Positions 26,839 to 36,988 of a stretch of 64,000 nt of DNA are shown in pieces. The position numbers and the translations under genes were made by a program. Under the pieces are notes generated by a model. The model saw only the letters and a list, made by a program, of their open reading frames with translations. It was not told the DNA's origin and did not search any database. Each line of letters starts with the position of its first letter. Position 1 is the stretch's first letter. Source of the DNA: Acidobacteriota bacterium (lineage in GTDB: Bacteria; Acidobacteriota; UBA6911; RPQK01; JAJDTT01); the NCBI GenBank assembly GCA_965203535.1, contig OZ241897.1, positions 5,782,169-5,846,168 on the forward strand, in the 5' to 3' direction.

Positions 26839-27705
26839 TCAACGGCCGAACGACAACTTGACGGTGAGCCCCAGCGACCAGTGGTTCATGCCGCTGAATC
26901 GGGTCTCGCTGGTCAATCCCGGGATCGGATGGACTTCGTACCCTCCCGTAGCGACGAAATCCCCCATCCGCGTGTGGGACAACTTCACGCCCAACAGCGT
27001 CCTTTCACTCAATCCGAAGTCGACGCCGGCGTACAGGTGTTTCGAGAGCGTCGTATCGGACAGGTCCTCGTCGGTCCGGCTGGCGTAGAACTTCAAGGGA
27101 GGGTCGTAGGGACCGCCGGGACCGCTGTAGGACACCTCGTAGAACAGGTCGGTCACGTCGACGAACCCGATCCCAAGTCCGGCTCCCGCGTATGGGGTGA
27201 CTCGATTCGATGCCGACGGGAGATCGTAGTACAGGTTCAGCGAGAGCGTGCGGATCGTCAGATCACCTACCGAAGACGTTCCCTCCGACCGAATGTCGGT
27301 TTCGATGGAGAGGATGGGTGACCCGTCCACGTAGCTGATCCCGGAAAAGTCCGAGTCAATGTCGTTCTGCTGCCGGCTGACCGAGAATTCCACCCTGAGG
27401 TGGCTGAACATGCGCCCGAGGGAAAACTCGTACGCGGTTCCTGTCTTTCCTGAAATGTCGTAACGCCAGCGATACCCTGGCGGCCTCCCGCCGGGCAAGC
27501 GGTCGCAGTCCTCGCCCGGATAGCAGGTGGTATCCAAATTGTGGCCCTCCTGCTCCATCCTGGACGGCCAATTCGCCCCGGCCGCTCCGCCCACGTACCA
27601 TTGGGACCGGCGTGATTGCGCCCCGGCCTCGGCCACCATGCCGATGAGAACCCCAGCCCCCAAGAGGCCCATTGCGGCGTGCGGTACCGCCCCGTATAAC
27701 CACAT
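26839..27705 (-). CDS. Outer-membrane beta-barrel protein (OmpA/OmpW-like barrel, tentative)
   Basis: 288 aa with signal peptide (GLLGAGVLIGMVAEAGAQS). Alternating hydrophobic/polar beta-strand pattern with Tyr/Gly-rich segments. Confidence 0.45.
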   Translation of the reverse strand: MWLYGAVPHAAMGLLGAGVLIGMVAEAGAQSRRSQWYVGGAAGANWPSRMEQEGHNLDTTCYPGEDCDRLPGGRPPGYRWRYDISGKTGTAYEFSLGRMFSHLRVEFSVSRQQNDIDSDFSGISYVDGSPILSIETDIRSEGTSSVGDLTIRTLSLNLYYDLPSASNRVTPYAGAGLGIGFVDVTDLFYEVSYSGPGGPYDPPLKFYASRTDEDLSDTTLSKHLYAGVDFGLSERTLLGVKLSHTRMGDFVATGGYEVHPIPGLTSETRFSGMNHWSLGLTVKLSFGR

Positions 27706-27882
27706 CGCAAGTCCTTTTGGTTCGCAGGGGCGACCCTGGTGTGTGTGGTCGCCCGCCCGGCGTCATCTGCCGGGATCATCCGGACGGCCCTTCCGGACCC
27801 CCGCACCACGTTCCCGTGGTTGTACGAGGTTCGAATCCAAGGCCGGACCCGTTCCGAATGCATGAATTTGCGGGACAGGATC

Positions 27883-28713
27883 CTAGAACGCCACGCTCAG
27901 GGTAAAGCCGCCCCAGAGCGTGTCGGCCAGGTCGGCGCCTGTCGGCTTGGCCGGTTCCCGAGGATCCTGAAACTGGCTGTCGCGAATCTCCTGACCGATG
28001 AGGCCGCTGTAGGTGACGAAGAAACCCGCGGACCAGTTGTCGTTGATGGTGATGGGAAGGGTCGCCGTGAGACTGGCGTCATGAAGACCGCCGGAACTCA
28101 CGCCATAATAGAAGTCAGTGAATCCCGTGTTCACCATGGCCAACGTCGCCGACAGATCGAAACTGGTGAAGACATCGTGATTGGTGGGGAAACTGTGTCC
28201 GGCGGCCATCTGAAAATAGAGTCCGGTGCTCCCGCCATTGCTCGTCTCGTCCACATCCACGTAGAGGGTGAACGACGGGGCCAGGGGCGCGTTGTCCAGA
28301 CTCACTCCCCAGTAGACCTCGGTCGTCGACGCCAGTGAAGCCGAGCGCTTGGGAAAGGTGTAAAAGATGGTGCCGACGCTGATGGTGGCGTTTTCCAGCG
28401 AATGATCGTAGGAGAAGGTGTAGTCGACCTCGGAGAATTTTCCTTTCAATCCATCACCCGGCTGGATCGGCAACGCATCACCCGGGTTCACGGCGGTCAG
28501 ATCCATGGTTCCCCAGATATTGGCGGAGAAACCGCCGATGCCCAGAGTGAACGCCGGTTGCATACTCCAGTCGTTGGTCAATCGTTGTCCGCGCCACAGG
28601 TACTTGCTGACCATGGCGACGTCGCCGGCCGCCGAATAGATGGAATCCTGTGCCGTCGTCATCCCCTGAAATCCGAACACTAAGATGGCGAGAGATGTGA
28701 TTTTCTTCTTCAT
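27883..28713 (-). CDS. Outer-membrane beta-barrel protein (Gcw_chp/porin-like, tentative)
   Basis: Likely start MKKKITSLAILVFGFQGMTTAQ (signal peptide). C-terminal ...GGFTLSVAF ends in Phe, typical of outer-membrane barrels. KYLWRGQRL resembles the Gcw_chp family. Confidence 0.45.
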   Translation of the reverse strand: MKKKITSLAILVFGFQGMTTAQDSIYSAAGDVAMVSKYLWRGQRLTNDWSMQPAFTLGIGGFSANIWGTMDLTAVNPGDALPIQPGDGLKGKFSEVDYTFSYDHSLENATISVGTIFYTFPKRSASLASTTEVYWGVSLDNAPLAPSFTLYVDVDETSNGGSTGLYFQMAAGHSFPTNHDVFTSFDLSATLAMVNTGFTDFYYGVSSGGLHDASLTATLPITINDNWSAGFFVTYSGLIGQEIRDSQFQDPREPAKPTGADLADTLWGGFTLSVAF

Positions 28714-29077
28714 CTGCTTCAACTCCGTTCCACGTTCACACGTACGATTGGTTACCACCGAACACTGTAGCGAGCGTAGAGAAATTCACCGTTGAAGCCG
28801 AACGGGGCGGACCGGCGCGAGAATTCGAAGATACACGGCGAGTCGATGACCAAGTTGCCAGAGAAATCTTCGAGTCGCCCACTCCGCGACTGTCCAACTG
28901 TGTTCTCGTCGGGAACAATATTGAACAGCGTGCAGGAGCCCAATGTCAACTCGGGTTTTTCCCCGATCCGGATGCTGACATCCAGGTCCGTGAGCCTCTT
29001 GCCTCCGATTCTACGCTGTCGCAGCAGATTGATTTCTGCCGCGCAGCCTCCCAGGTCGGCGGACACCCGACGACGAA

Positions 29078-32000
29078 CTACTCGAAGTCGACTACACTCA
29101 GAATCCGCTCTTCTGCCCCGGCGGCAGCAGCCTGGAAGAACTCGACCACGAAGGGGTGACAGGTGAACACCAGGACCTGGTTGGTCCGGGACAGTTCGAC
29201 GAAAGCATGGGCAGCCTGCAGCCCTCGGTCGGGATCGAAGTTCACCAGCACTTCGTCGACCACGACGGGCAGAGGCTCCGTCCTCTTCCCCAGTTCCCGA
29301 ATCAGGCCGAAACGCAACGACAGGAACAACTGTTCCCTCGTGCCCCGGCTCAACTGCGACGGCTCCTTGGCGCGCCGGTCGGCGCCGGCGACTTCGATCG
29401 TCTTCCGCCCCAACGGAGCGGATACGCGCCGGTACTCTCCGCCGGTGATCCGGCGGAAGAAGTCTTCGGCCTGGCGGACGACCCCCGGCTGCCGTTCTCG
29501 CTCGAACCGGCTCTGCGCCTCTTCCAGCAACCGTTCGACGATCCTGCGCTTCGTCCACTCTCGAGCGTGATCCCGGATCTGCTCGACCAGGCGGTTGCGC
29601 TCCATTCGCAGCCCCGAGGATTCCTCCTCACTCTCCAGTCGTTCCAGCTTCGCCCGGAGGGAGCCGCGCTCGGTGGACAACTCCTTGAGATCCGCGTCTA
29701 CCCGTTCGATTTCTGCCAGCGTCCGGCTCTCTTCGTCGGCAATCGACTGGAGATCCGTGTTGCGGAGCGCGTTCTTGAGCGCTTCGAGGAGCGCTCCGGG
29801 GCCGCTCCGGCGTTGCAGTCGGCCTTCGGCATCCTGCCGGCTCCTTTTCAGCTCCTCTCGCCGGCGGTGGAGTTCGGCCCGCCTGCGGAATTCTTCGGCG
29901 CCGCCGGCGCCGCCGGAGTGGAGCAGGCCCGCCAGCTCTTCCTTCGCATCCCGAAGTCGCCGGTTCCGCTTTTCCAGTTTGCGCTGGGCGGCCTTCCACT
30001 CGGCCTCCGCCGCCTCCCGAACATCGACCTGCGCCCGAACGGATTGATACAACTCGATCAGCCGGTCCGCAGCCGTGGCGACGGCCGGCGGCCGGTTCGC
30101 ATCGAAGCCGATTTCGAAGGCCGACGCCAGAGGCGCGACGCTCTCCGTGTATTCGCGGATCTCCTTTTCGAGGGCGCGGAATCGCTGCTCCTGCTTCCGC
30201 AATTCACCGAGCAGGCTGAGGCCCAGCTTGATCCTCTCCCGCAGCTCGCCGACGGTATCCGGCGTGAACGATTGCGGCAGGCTGCGCGCCTGGAGCCACT
30301 CCCGCCACCTGCGCCGGACCGTTTCGAGATCCCGCTCCGCCCGTTCGACGGCCGTTCGAGACCGGCTTGACTGGACGGACCGCCGATGCAACGTGTCCCT
30401 CGCGGCATCCAGAGACTCGGCAAGTCGAGCCCGTTCACGGACCCCGGACTCCGTTGCGTCCAGTGACTCTTCGGCCTGGATGAGGGAGTGCTCGTCGAGC
30501 GTCTCCAGGTCCAGGTCATCGGCCTCATCAGCCGCCTTCGACTCCAGCTCGTTCAAGTCCGCCTCGGCCCGCCGCAACGATTCGCCTATCGAGTCGGCCA
30601 GGGGGGCGCCCGGGTCGGGGCCCGAAGACAGCGCGGCCGACCTGAAGACGTAGGCGGCGACGGCCAGCAGCAGGAGACCGGCGGCGGCGCCGATGAACAA
30701 GGCCGCTCCGCCGGCGGCGGCTCCCCCGACCAGGAGGGCGACGCCGGCGACGCCGATGGCCGCGGCCGCCCCGGCGCCCCGCGGCCGTCCGGTCGGCGCG
30801 GCGGAGGCGCCGATCCCGTCCAGTTGGCTTTGCAGGTCGCTGACGCGCTGTCGAACCCGGGCCAGCTCGTCCAGGCGCGCCCTGGCCTGACGAATCCGCG
30901 TCCGGCGCAGTCGGACTCCGTCGGCGTCCAGACCCGGATCCGGCGCCTCCTCCAGGGCCCGTTCTGCCCGATCGGACGCGTCGCTCGCTTCATCCCGCGC
31001 GTTCTCGGCCTGTGCCCGGGACGATTGGCGGCGCGCCAGCTCCTCGCCGGCCCCGCGGAATTCGGTCCGAAATCCCGAGATCTCCTGACGGACGGCCAGG
31101 GACAGGTCGAACGCCTCGAGACGAGCGACGTCCCAGTCGGGCCCCAGGTCCTTCAGTGTCTCGGACAGGGATCTTCGGTGTCCGAGAAGCTCCTCCTCCC
31201 GCCCGGGCAGGTCCCGGGCCGACTTCTCGAAGGATTCGCGACGCTTCACCAGCCGGCGGATCCGCAACGAGTGATCGAGAAGGGACTCGTGGGAGACCTG
31301 CGCCACGCGCCGGTCCCGAGCCTCTGTGACGCGCGCGGCCGCCGAGTCGCGCTCCTGCCGCGCCGTCCTGACCCGCTCCTCCAGACCCTCCAGGCGGCTG
31401 ACGCCGTCCACGGGAAACTCCTCGACCACCGGTATTTCGTCGAGCTGCCGCCGGGCCGTGAGCAGGTCGTTCCAGTCGCCCCAGGCGGACTTGAGACGCC
31501 GTGCGCCATCAAGCCGGGATTCGGCCTCCCGGCGGCGAGCGTCCAGTGCCTGCAGCTTCGTCCCGACGTCTTCGAGCTCCGCAGACAACGCTCCATAGTC
31601 CGAAGCGTTGCCTGCAACTTCAGCCAGGCGGGTGTCGATCCGGGCCACTTCTCCTGCGGCCTGGGCCAGTTTGTGCTTTCTCCCGCCTTTGAGGAAAAGG
31701 TCGCTCTTTTGCGAAGCGAGCGCTTTCCGAACGTTCGGAAGCCTGGTGACGCCCATGCCGGCGCTGTAGATCTGGTCGTTGACGCTGGAGTCTTTCAGCA
31801 GGTCGTCACTGTGAAGCTCATCGAGGGTGAAGGCGAAGACGCTCTCAAAGACGTCCTTGGTGTGGTGTCCCAGCAGCCGGGCCAGCGTGGCCGCGCCGAA
31901 AGTCCCTCCGGCACCGTCGGTGATGGTCACCGGGCCGGCGCCGCGTCCTTGAACCCGATGAACGATATACCGTTCCCCGGCTTCGTCGACCAGGGTGGCG

Positions 32001-32212
32001 CGGCCGCCGTGGGCGCCTCCGGCCAGGGGCGGGTAGTGCCGTCTTCCCAACCGCTTCGGAAACCCGAACAGGATCGCGCGGATGAACTCCAGGTAAGTGC
32101 TCTTTCCGGCTTCGTTGGGGCCGTGGAAGATGGTGACGGGAAGGTCCAAGGGGCCCACGGTCCGGTCGGTGAATCGGCCGAAGCCGTCGATATGGAACTC
32201 GCGGATCCTCAC
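29078..32212 (-). CDS. SbcC/YhaN-like AAA ATPase (Rad50/SMC-type DNA repair ATPase)
   Basis: 1044 aa. N-terminal MRIREFHIDGFGRFTDR...FHGPNEAGKST (Walker A). Long Ala/Arg/Glu-rich coiled-coil region. C-terminal ...LPVVVDEVLVNFDPDRG... (D-loop/Walker B). Confidence 0.75.
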   Translation of the reverse strand: MRIREFHIDGFGRFTDRTVGPLDLPVTIFHGPNEAGKSTYLEFIRAILFGFPKRLGRRHYPPLAGGAHGGRATLVDEAGERYIVHRVQGRGAGPVTITDGAGGTFGAATLARLLGHHTKDVFESVFAFTLDELHSDDLLKDSSVNDQIYSAGMGVTRLPNVRKALASQKSDLFLKGGRKHKLAQAAGEVARIDTRLAEVAGNASDYGALSAELEDVGTKLQALDARRREAESRLDGARRLKSAWGDWNDLLTARRQLDEIPVVEEFPVDGVSRLEGLEERVRTARQERDSAAARVTEARDRRVAQVSHESLLDHSLRIRRLVKRRESFEKSARDLPGREEELLGHRRSLSETLKDLGPDWDVARLEAFDLSLAVRQEISGFRTEFRGAGEELARRQSSRAQAENARDEASDASDRAERALEEAPDPGLDADGVRLRRTRIRQARARLDELARVRQRVSDLQSQLDGIGASAAPTGRPRGAGAAAAIGVAGVALLVGGAAAGGAALFIGAAAGLLLLAVAAYVFRSAALSSGPDPGAPLADSIGESLRRAEADLNELESKAADEADDLDLETLDEHSLIQAEESLDATESGVRERARLAESLDAARDTLHRRSVQSSRSRTAVERAERDLETVRRRWREWLQARSLPQSFTPDTVGELRERIKLGLSLLGELRKQEQRFRALEKEIREYTESVAPLASAFEIGFDANRPPAVATAADRLIELYQSVRAQVDVREAAEAEWKAAQRKLEKRNRRLRDAKEELAGLLHSGGAGGAEEFRRRAELHRRREELKRSRQDAEGRLQRRSGPGALLEALKNALRNTDLQSIADEESRTLAEIERVDADLKELSTERGSLRAKLERLESEEESSGLRMERNRLVEQIRDHAREWTKRRIVERLLEEAQSRFERERQPGVVRQAEDFFRRITGGEYRRVSAPLGRKTIEVAGADRRAKEPSQLSRGTREQLFLSLRFGLIRELGKRTEPLPVVVDEVLVNFDPDRGLQAAHAFVELSRTNQVLVFTCHPFVVEFFQAAAAGAEERILSVVDFE

Positions 32213-33546
32213 GAGCCGCCCTCGAGCAGCAGGTCCAGGGCGATGGACTCCGCCTCGTCGATCAGGACGGCCAGATCCTGATCGTCAGGGACCGAGTCTC
32301 TCAGATACCGTCCGAATTTCCGGTGACGGTACAGTTCGTCCAAGTCACCGCGCAGGCGGGCCAGGAGTTCGGGCTCGGACTTCGCCCGGTCGCAGAGGCG
32401 GAGCAGATCGGCCACGAAGTCGGAGCCCAGGAGCAGGTCTCGCCGGTCGAAGGGCGCCGCCGTCTCGTCCCGGATGCGCTCGCACCAGGCGAAGGGCGAC
32501 CGCGAGGCCCAGTCTTCGTTGAGCCCCTCCACCAGAGCGTCCAGAAAGTCGGGGCGGCGCAGGGAGCCGTGCAAGGTTCCCCGGCCCGTCAGGGCGAACC
32601 TCAATACCATCGAGAGACCCTTTCCCCGCTTGAGGGAGCTCTCCGTGCGCCGGTGGAGGCGGTCGATCAACTCCTGCTCCGTCTCCATGCCGGAGACGTC
32701 CACTTCAAGGCGCTCCCAGCGGACGGTGTCCACGGGACGGAATTCGAGCCCGGTGCGGCCGCCGGAACCGACCCGCACCAAGTAGACCCCCCGGGCGCCC
32801 CGCTCGGTCGGGCGCGTTCCCTGCGGATTGCCGGGATAGACCACCGTCGGATCCGTCCGGCTCAGCACGTGTCGGGTGTGGACGTGTCCCAGCGCCCAGT
32901 AGTCGACTCCCGACTCCGCCAGATCGCTCAGAGAGCAGGGCGCGTAGGCGCCGTGGTCGGGATTGTCGCCGACGTTGGCGTGCAGCAGACCGATGTTGAA
33001 GGCGTTGCCGTCGACGCGACCGAGGCGACGGGCCAGATTCGTCCTGACGTGGCGCTTCGGGTAGCTCACGCCATGGACCGCGGCGCGCCCGGGATCCTCT
33101 TCGAAGACCGGAACCGCCTCGAACTCGGCGCCGAAGCGATGGCAACTCGGCGGATACTCCAGCCGCGCCTCCCAGCCGTCCAAGGGGTCGTGGTTGCCGT
33201 GGCAGACGAACGACCGGATTCCGGCCCGGTGCAGCCTGGTCAGGCCCTGGACGAACCGGTGCTGGGCGCGGAGGCTGCGGTCGGCCCCGTCGTAGACGTC
33301 TCCCGCGACGAGCAGCGCGTCGACCCGTTCCGAGATGCAGAGTTCGACGATGTTGTCGTAGGCGTCGAAGGTGCCCTCATGGAGGCTTCTTGCAACGTGC
33401 TCAGGCGCCCTGGCCCTCAAGCCCGTGAAGGGGCTGTCCAAGTGCAGGTCTGCGGCATGTACGAAGCAGAACGGCTTCACTGCTTTCGGTACGCTTGGAA
33501 GTGGATGACGTCGCCAGTGTAGCCGAAGTCCTCGGCGCTTCGCCAA
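32209..33546 (-). CDS. SbcD/YhaO-like calcineurin-type metallophosphoesterase nuclease
   Basis: FVHAADLHLDSPF, GDVYDG and VCHGNHD phosphoesterase motifs. The stop overlaps the sbcC-like start by 4 bp. The true start may be the GTG at ~33480 (VKPFCFVHAADLHLD). Confidence 0.75.
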   Translation of the reverse strand: MAKRRGLRLHWRRHPLPSVPKAVKPFCFVHAADLHLDSPFTGLRARAPEHVARSLHEGTFDAYDNIVELCISERVDALLVAGDVYDGADRSLRAQHRFVQGLTRLHRAGIRSFVCHGNHDPLDGWEARLEYPPSCHRFGAEFEAVPVFEEDPGRAAVHGVSYPKRHVRTNLARRLGRVDGNAFNIGLLHANVGDNPDHGAYAPCSLSDLAESGVDYWALGHVHTRHVLSRTDPTVVYPGNPQGTRPTERGARGVYLVRVGSGGRTGLEFRPVDTVRWERLEVDVSGMETEQELIDRLHRRTESSLKRGKGLSMVLRFALTGRGTLHGSLRRPDFLDALVEGLNEDWASRSPFAWCERIRDETAAPFDRRDLLLGSDFVADLLRLCDRAKSEPELLARLRGDLDELYRHRKFGRYLRDSVPDDQDLAVLIDEAESIALDLLLEGGS

Positions 33547-33577
33547 CCGAGCACGTGGGTCGAACGGGGCGGCAACG

Positions 33578-34915
33578 TCAGGGGACTGCGCCGGGGCCGG
33601 GACCGATGGCGTAGAGGTTCTTTTCGCCCCGCAGATAGACGTTCCGGCCGGAAAGGGCGGCCGAGGCGCTGAAGCGGTCGTCCAGCCGGTTGAGGGCCAG
33701 CGCCCGCGGAGATTCGGCGTGGCTCAGCACCAGGGTCGACCCTTCGAGGTCGGTGACGTAGACGCGCCCGGCGGCGGCCACCGGCGAGGCGTAGACGTTG
33801 CCGATCCCCTGCAGCCGCAAGGAGCCGGGCCGATCCTGGCCGGTCTTGGCGTCGACCCGGGTCAGGACCCCCTGATAGTGGGCGAGGAAATAGAGCGCCC
33901 CGTCATGGAGAAGCGGAGAGGGGACGTAGGGCGTCGTCCGCCTCCGCGTCCACGGCACCCGGTCCGTTCCCGTGATGTCTCCCCGGGCGCCGTCCAGTCG
34001 AATCGCCACCAGGACCCGCTTTTCGTAGCTGCTCCCCACGAAGGCCATTCCATCGCCCGCCACGGGCGAGGCCACGATATTGGACGCCAGGCCACCGCAC
34101 TCCCAGATCACTTCTCCGGTTTCCAGATCGTACCCGCGAACCCGGCTGGTGCCGGCGACGATGACCTGAACCGCGCCGTCCTGCTCGACGGCAATGGGGG
34201 TCGCCCAAGAGGTCACCTCGTTACGCGGGATCTTCCAGCGTTCTTTTCCGGTCCGCTTGTCCAGGGCGACGACGAAGGATTGGCCCTCGTGGTCCCAGTT
34301 GACGACCAACGTCTCCCCGTGCAGAACCGGAGTGCTCCCTTCCCCATGGCCGTGTCTGGTCCGCATCACCCCCAGTTGCTTCTTCCACTGCACCTCGCCG
34401 TCCGGGCTCAGACAGTAAATCCCCTGGGACCCGAAGTACGCCAGGACGCGCCGGCCGTCGGTAAGCGGCGAGGCGGATGCCAGACTCGCCGTGAAGTGCC
34501 CTCCCTCGTGGGGAAGGCCGGTGCGCACGGTCCGTTCCCAGACCACTTCTCCGCTGCCGCGGTCCAGAGCCAGGACCACGAAGGCCTGCCGGCGGGTCAC
34601 GGGAAGGTTTCCATGGGAGCCGGGCGCGTCATCGTAGATGGGATCAAAAGCCTCTCCCACGGGAACGGCCGCGGTCACGTAGATCCGGTCCCCCCAGACG
34701 ATGGGTGTCGAGTGCCCGAGTCCCGGGAGCGCCTTCTTCCAGAGGAGGTTCCGGGATTCGCTCCACCGCACCGGCGGATCGGCTTCAGGACCGACTCCGG
34801 TCCCCAGAGGGCCTCTCCATTGAGGCCAGTAGCGGACCGCCTCTCCCGATTTGCGGTCCTCGGCCCAGGCAACGGAAAGGAGCAGAAAAAAGATCGCCAA
34901 GGCCGTTCGGGGCAT
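33578..34915 (-). CDS. Secreted PQQ-like beta-propeller repeat protein
   Basis: Signal peptide MPRTALAIFFLLLSVAWA. Repeated W-x-(n)-G/propeller blades (PQWRGPLGTG..., LLWKKALPGLGHSTPIVWGDRIYV, EVVWERTV...). Confidence 0.7.
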   Translation of the reverse strand: MPRTALAIFFLLLSVAWAEDRKSGEAVRYWPQWRGPLGTGVGPEADPPVRWSESRNLLWKKALPGLGHSTPIVWGDRIYVTAAVPVGEAFDPIYDDAPGSHGNLPVTRRQAFVVLALDRGSGEVVWERTVRTGLPHEGGHFTASLASASPLTDGRRVLAYFGSQGIYCLSPDGEVQWKKQLGVMRTRHGHGEGSTPVLHGETLVVNWDHEGQSFVVALDKRTGKERWKIPRNEVTSWATPIAVEQDGAVQVIVAGTSRVRGYDLETGEVIWECGGLASNIVASPVAGDGMAFVGSSYEKRVLVAIRLDGARGDITGTDRVPWTRRRTTPYVPSPLLHDGALYFLAHYQGVLTRVDAKTGQDRPGSLRLQGIGNVYASPVAAAGRVYVTDLEGSTLVLSHAESPRALALNRLDDRFSASAALSGRNVYLRGEKNLYAIGPGPGAVP

Positions 34916-35220
34916 AACTTTGAGGACGACGGGACCTCACGCCAGGATTTCTTGGATGACCCTCCCTCCCACGTCGGTCAGGCGAAAGTCGCGTCCCTTG
35001 AAGCCGAAAGTCAGACGCATGTGAAACCCGCAAGGGAGATCATCACACACTCCATCGAAGTGTTCCAACGGCGGTCCCGGAGACTCGACGGCAGGCGGCG
35101 GAGCATCGATTCCGTATCCCCGTTTCGGAAGAATATCGTACTATTTTCGCGGGAAACCCAGGCTTGGCGCACCGGCTGGGTGGAGGAAAACATCAGCGTC
35201 GTCATCGGGAGCGGGATTCT

Positions 35221-36159
35221 GTGATTTCGAGGTGCCTGCGATTTTCCCTCGCCGCCATTCTCCTCCTGACCATGGGGGAATCGGCGCAAGCCGGGGTCAA
35301 GCTGAAACCCGAAACGGTCCAGGGTTACGACCGGTATGTCCGGGGCCTGGAGTCGAATTTTGAGAAGCGAATCAGCGGGGAGATGCCGTTCCTCTGGTCT
35401 GACCAGGCCCCCGAACATCGGGCCGCCCTGAAGCGGGGCCAGATACTGATCGACGAATTGAAAGACCTGCCTGAAGTCCCCGGCGCCAGGATCCACGTCT
35501 GGCTGGGAGCCGTCTTCATTCCCGGCGCCCTGTCCGCCGACGTGCTGTCGGTGCTGATGGATTTCGACCGCCACCAGGAATGGTACCCGGAGGTTCTGGA
35601 TTCCAGACTCCTGAGTCGCGACGGGTACAGGCTCCGAGGGTACCAGCGCCTCAGAATGAAGAAGATCCTGACCGTGATCTTCAACACCGAACACGAAGTC
35701 GCCTATTCGCAGGTGTCCCCGAAACGCTGGCGGGGCGTGTCGCGCAGCACCAGAATCGCCGAGGTGAAGGATGCTGGAGAGCCCAAGGAGCGGGAATTGC
35801 CGGTCGGCGACGACCGCGGCTTCATGTGGCGGCTGAACGCCTATTGGCACCTGGAAGAAAGGGAGGGTGGGTTGGCCGCCGAGTGTTGGGCCGTTTCTCT
35901 CTCCCGGAAGATTCCCTTCGCGCTCCGCTGGATGCTCAAACCTCTCGTGACAAGCGTCCCCCGCCAAGCTCTCCGGAACACCCTGCGAGGCACTCGCCAG
36001 GCCGTGATGGACGGACTCCGAGGCAAGGCGAGCGATGCGGGACGATGGGACGATCGGGCGTATTTCCGTGGTGAAGGGAGGTCCCACGCAACTGCACCGT
36101 TCGCAGTGACTGATATCCCGCATTTCTCACCAGGTCGCTACGCGTATGATAGAAAGTAA
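35221..36159 (+). CDS. Secreted hypothetical protein, paralog of 39822..40694
   Basis: Likely GTG start giving signal peptide ISRCLRFSLAAILLLTMGESAQA. The ORF-track start is 35164. Shares GVKLKPETVQGYDRYVR, ...TVIFNTEHEVAY... and DDRGFMWRLNAYWHLEEREGGLAAECWAVSLSR with the paralog. Confidence 0.55.
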   Translation: MISRCLRFSLAAILLLTMGESAQAGVKLKPETVQGYDRYVRGLESNFEKRISGEMPFLWSDQAPEHRAALKRGQILIDELKDLPEVPGARIHVWLGAVFIPGALSADVLSVLMDFDRHQEWYPEVLDSRLLSRDGYRLRGYQRLRMKKILTVIFNTEHEVAYSQVSPKRWRGVSRSTRIAEVKDAGEPKERELPVGDDRGFMWRLNAYWHLEEREGGLAAECWAVSLSRKIPFALRWMLKPLVTSVPRQALRNTLRGTRQAVMDGLRGKASDAGRWDDRAYFRGEGRSHATAPFAVTDIPHFSPGRYAYDRK

Positions 36160-36421
36160 TCTGTTTTTGAGCATTGACGCGGATTTCGCCAAGGTTCCTC
36201 CGGCACCGACTGCGCTGGGCGCGCGCTCGCTGGTCTTTTCGCCCTCAGCGCGCACATGCTCCCTCAAACGTAGTCACCACTACGTTCTCGGTCACGAGCA
36301 CGCGCTGAGGGCGAAAATCCTGCGCGATCGTCACGCCCCCTGGTGAGAAATGCGGGATGATGCTCGCGGGTTCTCGGTTCGAAGGGCGCTGTGCGCCACC
36401 GACCCCCGGCGTCCAGGAGTC

Positions 36422-36988
36422 ATGGTAGTGCCTGACAATCCCCAGGCGGTGGCGCGGCTGATCCGCGAGTCCAGATCCGGAGACGGGAACGCCCTCTCTC
36501 AACTCTTCCCCGTCGTTTATCAGGAACTGAGAAGGCTGGCCGGCAACTACATGCGCCGGGAGGCCCGCCAGACCTTACCCGCCACAGCCCTGGTCCACGA
36601 AGCGTACCTTCGACTCCTGGGCGAAAAGCAGGTGCATTGGAAGGACAGGGCTCATCTGCTGGGTATCGCGGCCCGTTCCATGCGGCAGATCCTGGTGGAG
36701 CGGGCGCGAGCGAGAATGGCCCGGAAGCGGGGCGGCGGGCAACACGCGGTGACCCTCATCGACGAGACCCTGGGCCAGAACGCGCGATCCATCGATTTCA
36801 TGGCTCTGGACCAGGCACTGCGGGCTCTCGCCGAGTTGGATCCGAAACAGGCCCGACTGGTCGAGCTCAGGTTCTTCGGTGGCCTGACGCTGGCGGAAAC
36901 CAGCGAGGTCATGGGCATCTCTCCTGCCACCACCAAACGCTGGTGGGCGCTCTCCCGAGCTTGGTTGCGACGCGAGTTGAACGGGTGA
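36422..36988 (+). CDS. ECF sigma factor (kinase-associated type)
   Basis: Start MVVPDNPQ preceded by AGGAG; the ORF-track start is 36350. Region 2 (ALSQLFPVVYQELRRLAGNYMRRE) and region 4 (LRFFGGLTLAETSEVMGISPATTKRWW) are present. The stop overlaps (GTGA) the downstream kinase start. Confidence 0.8.
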   Translation: MVVPDNPQAVARLIRESRSGDGNALSQLFPVVYQELRRLAGNYMRREARQTLPATALVHEAYLRLLGEKQVHWKDRAHLLGIAARSMRQILVERARARMARKRGGGQHAVTLIDETLGQNARSIDFMALDQALRALAELDPKQARLVELRFFGGLTLAETSEVMGISPATTKRWWALSRAWLRRELNG

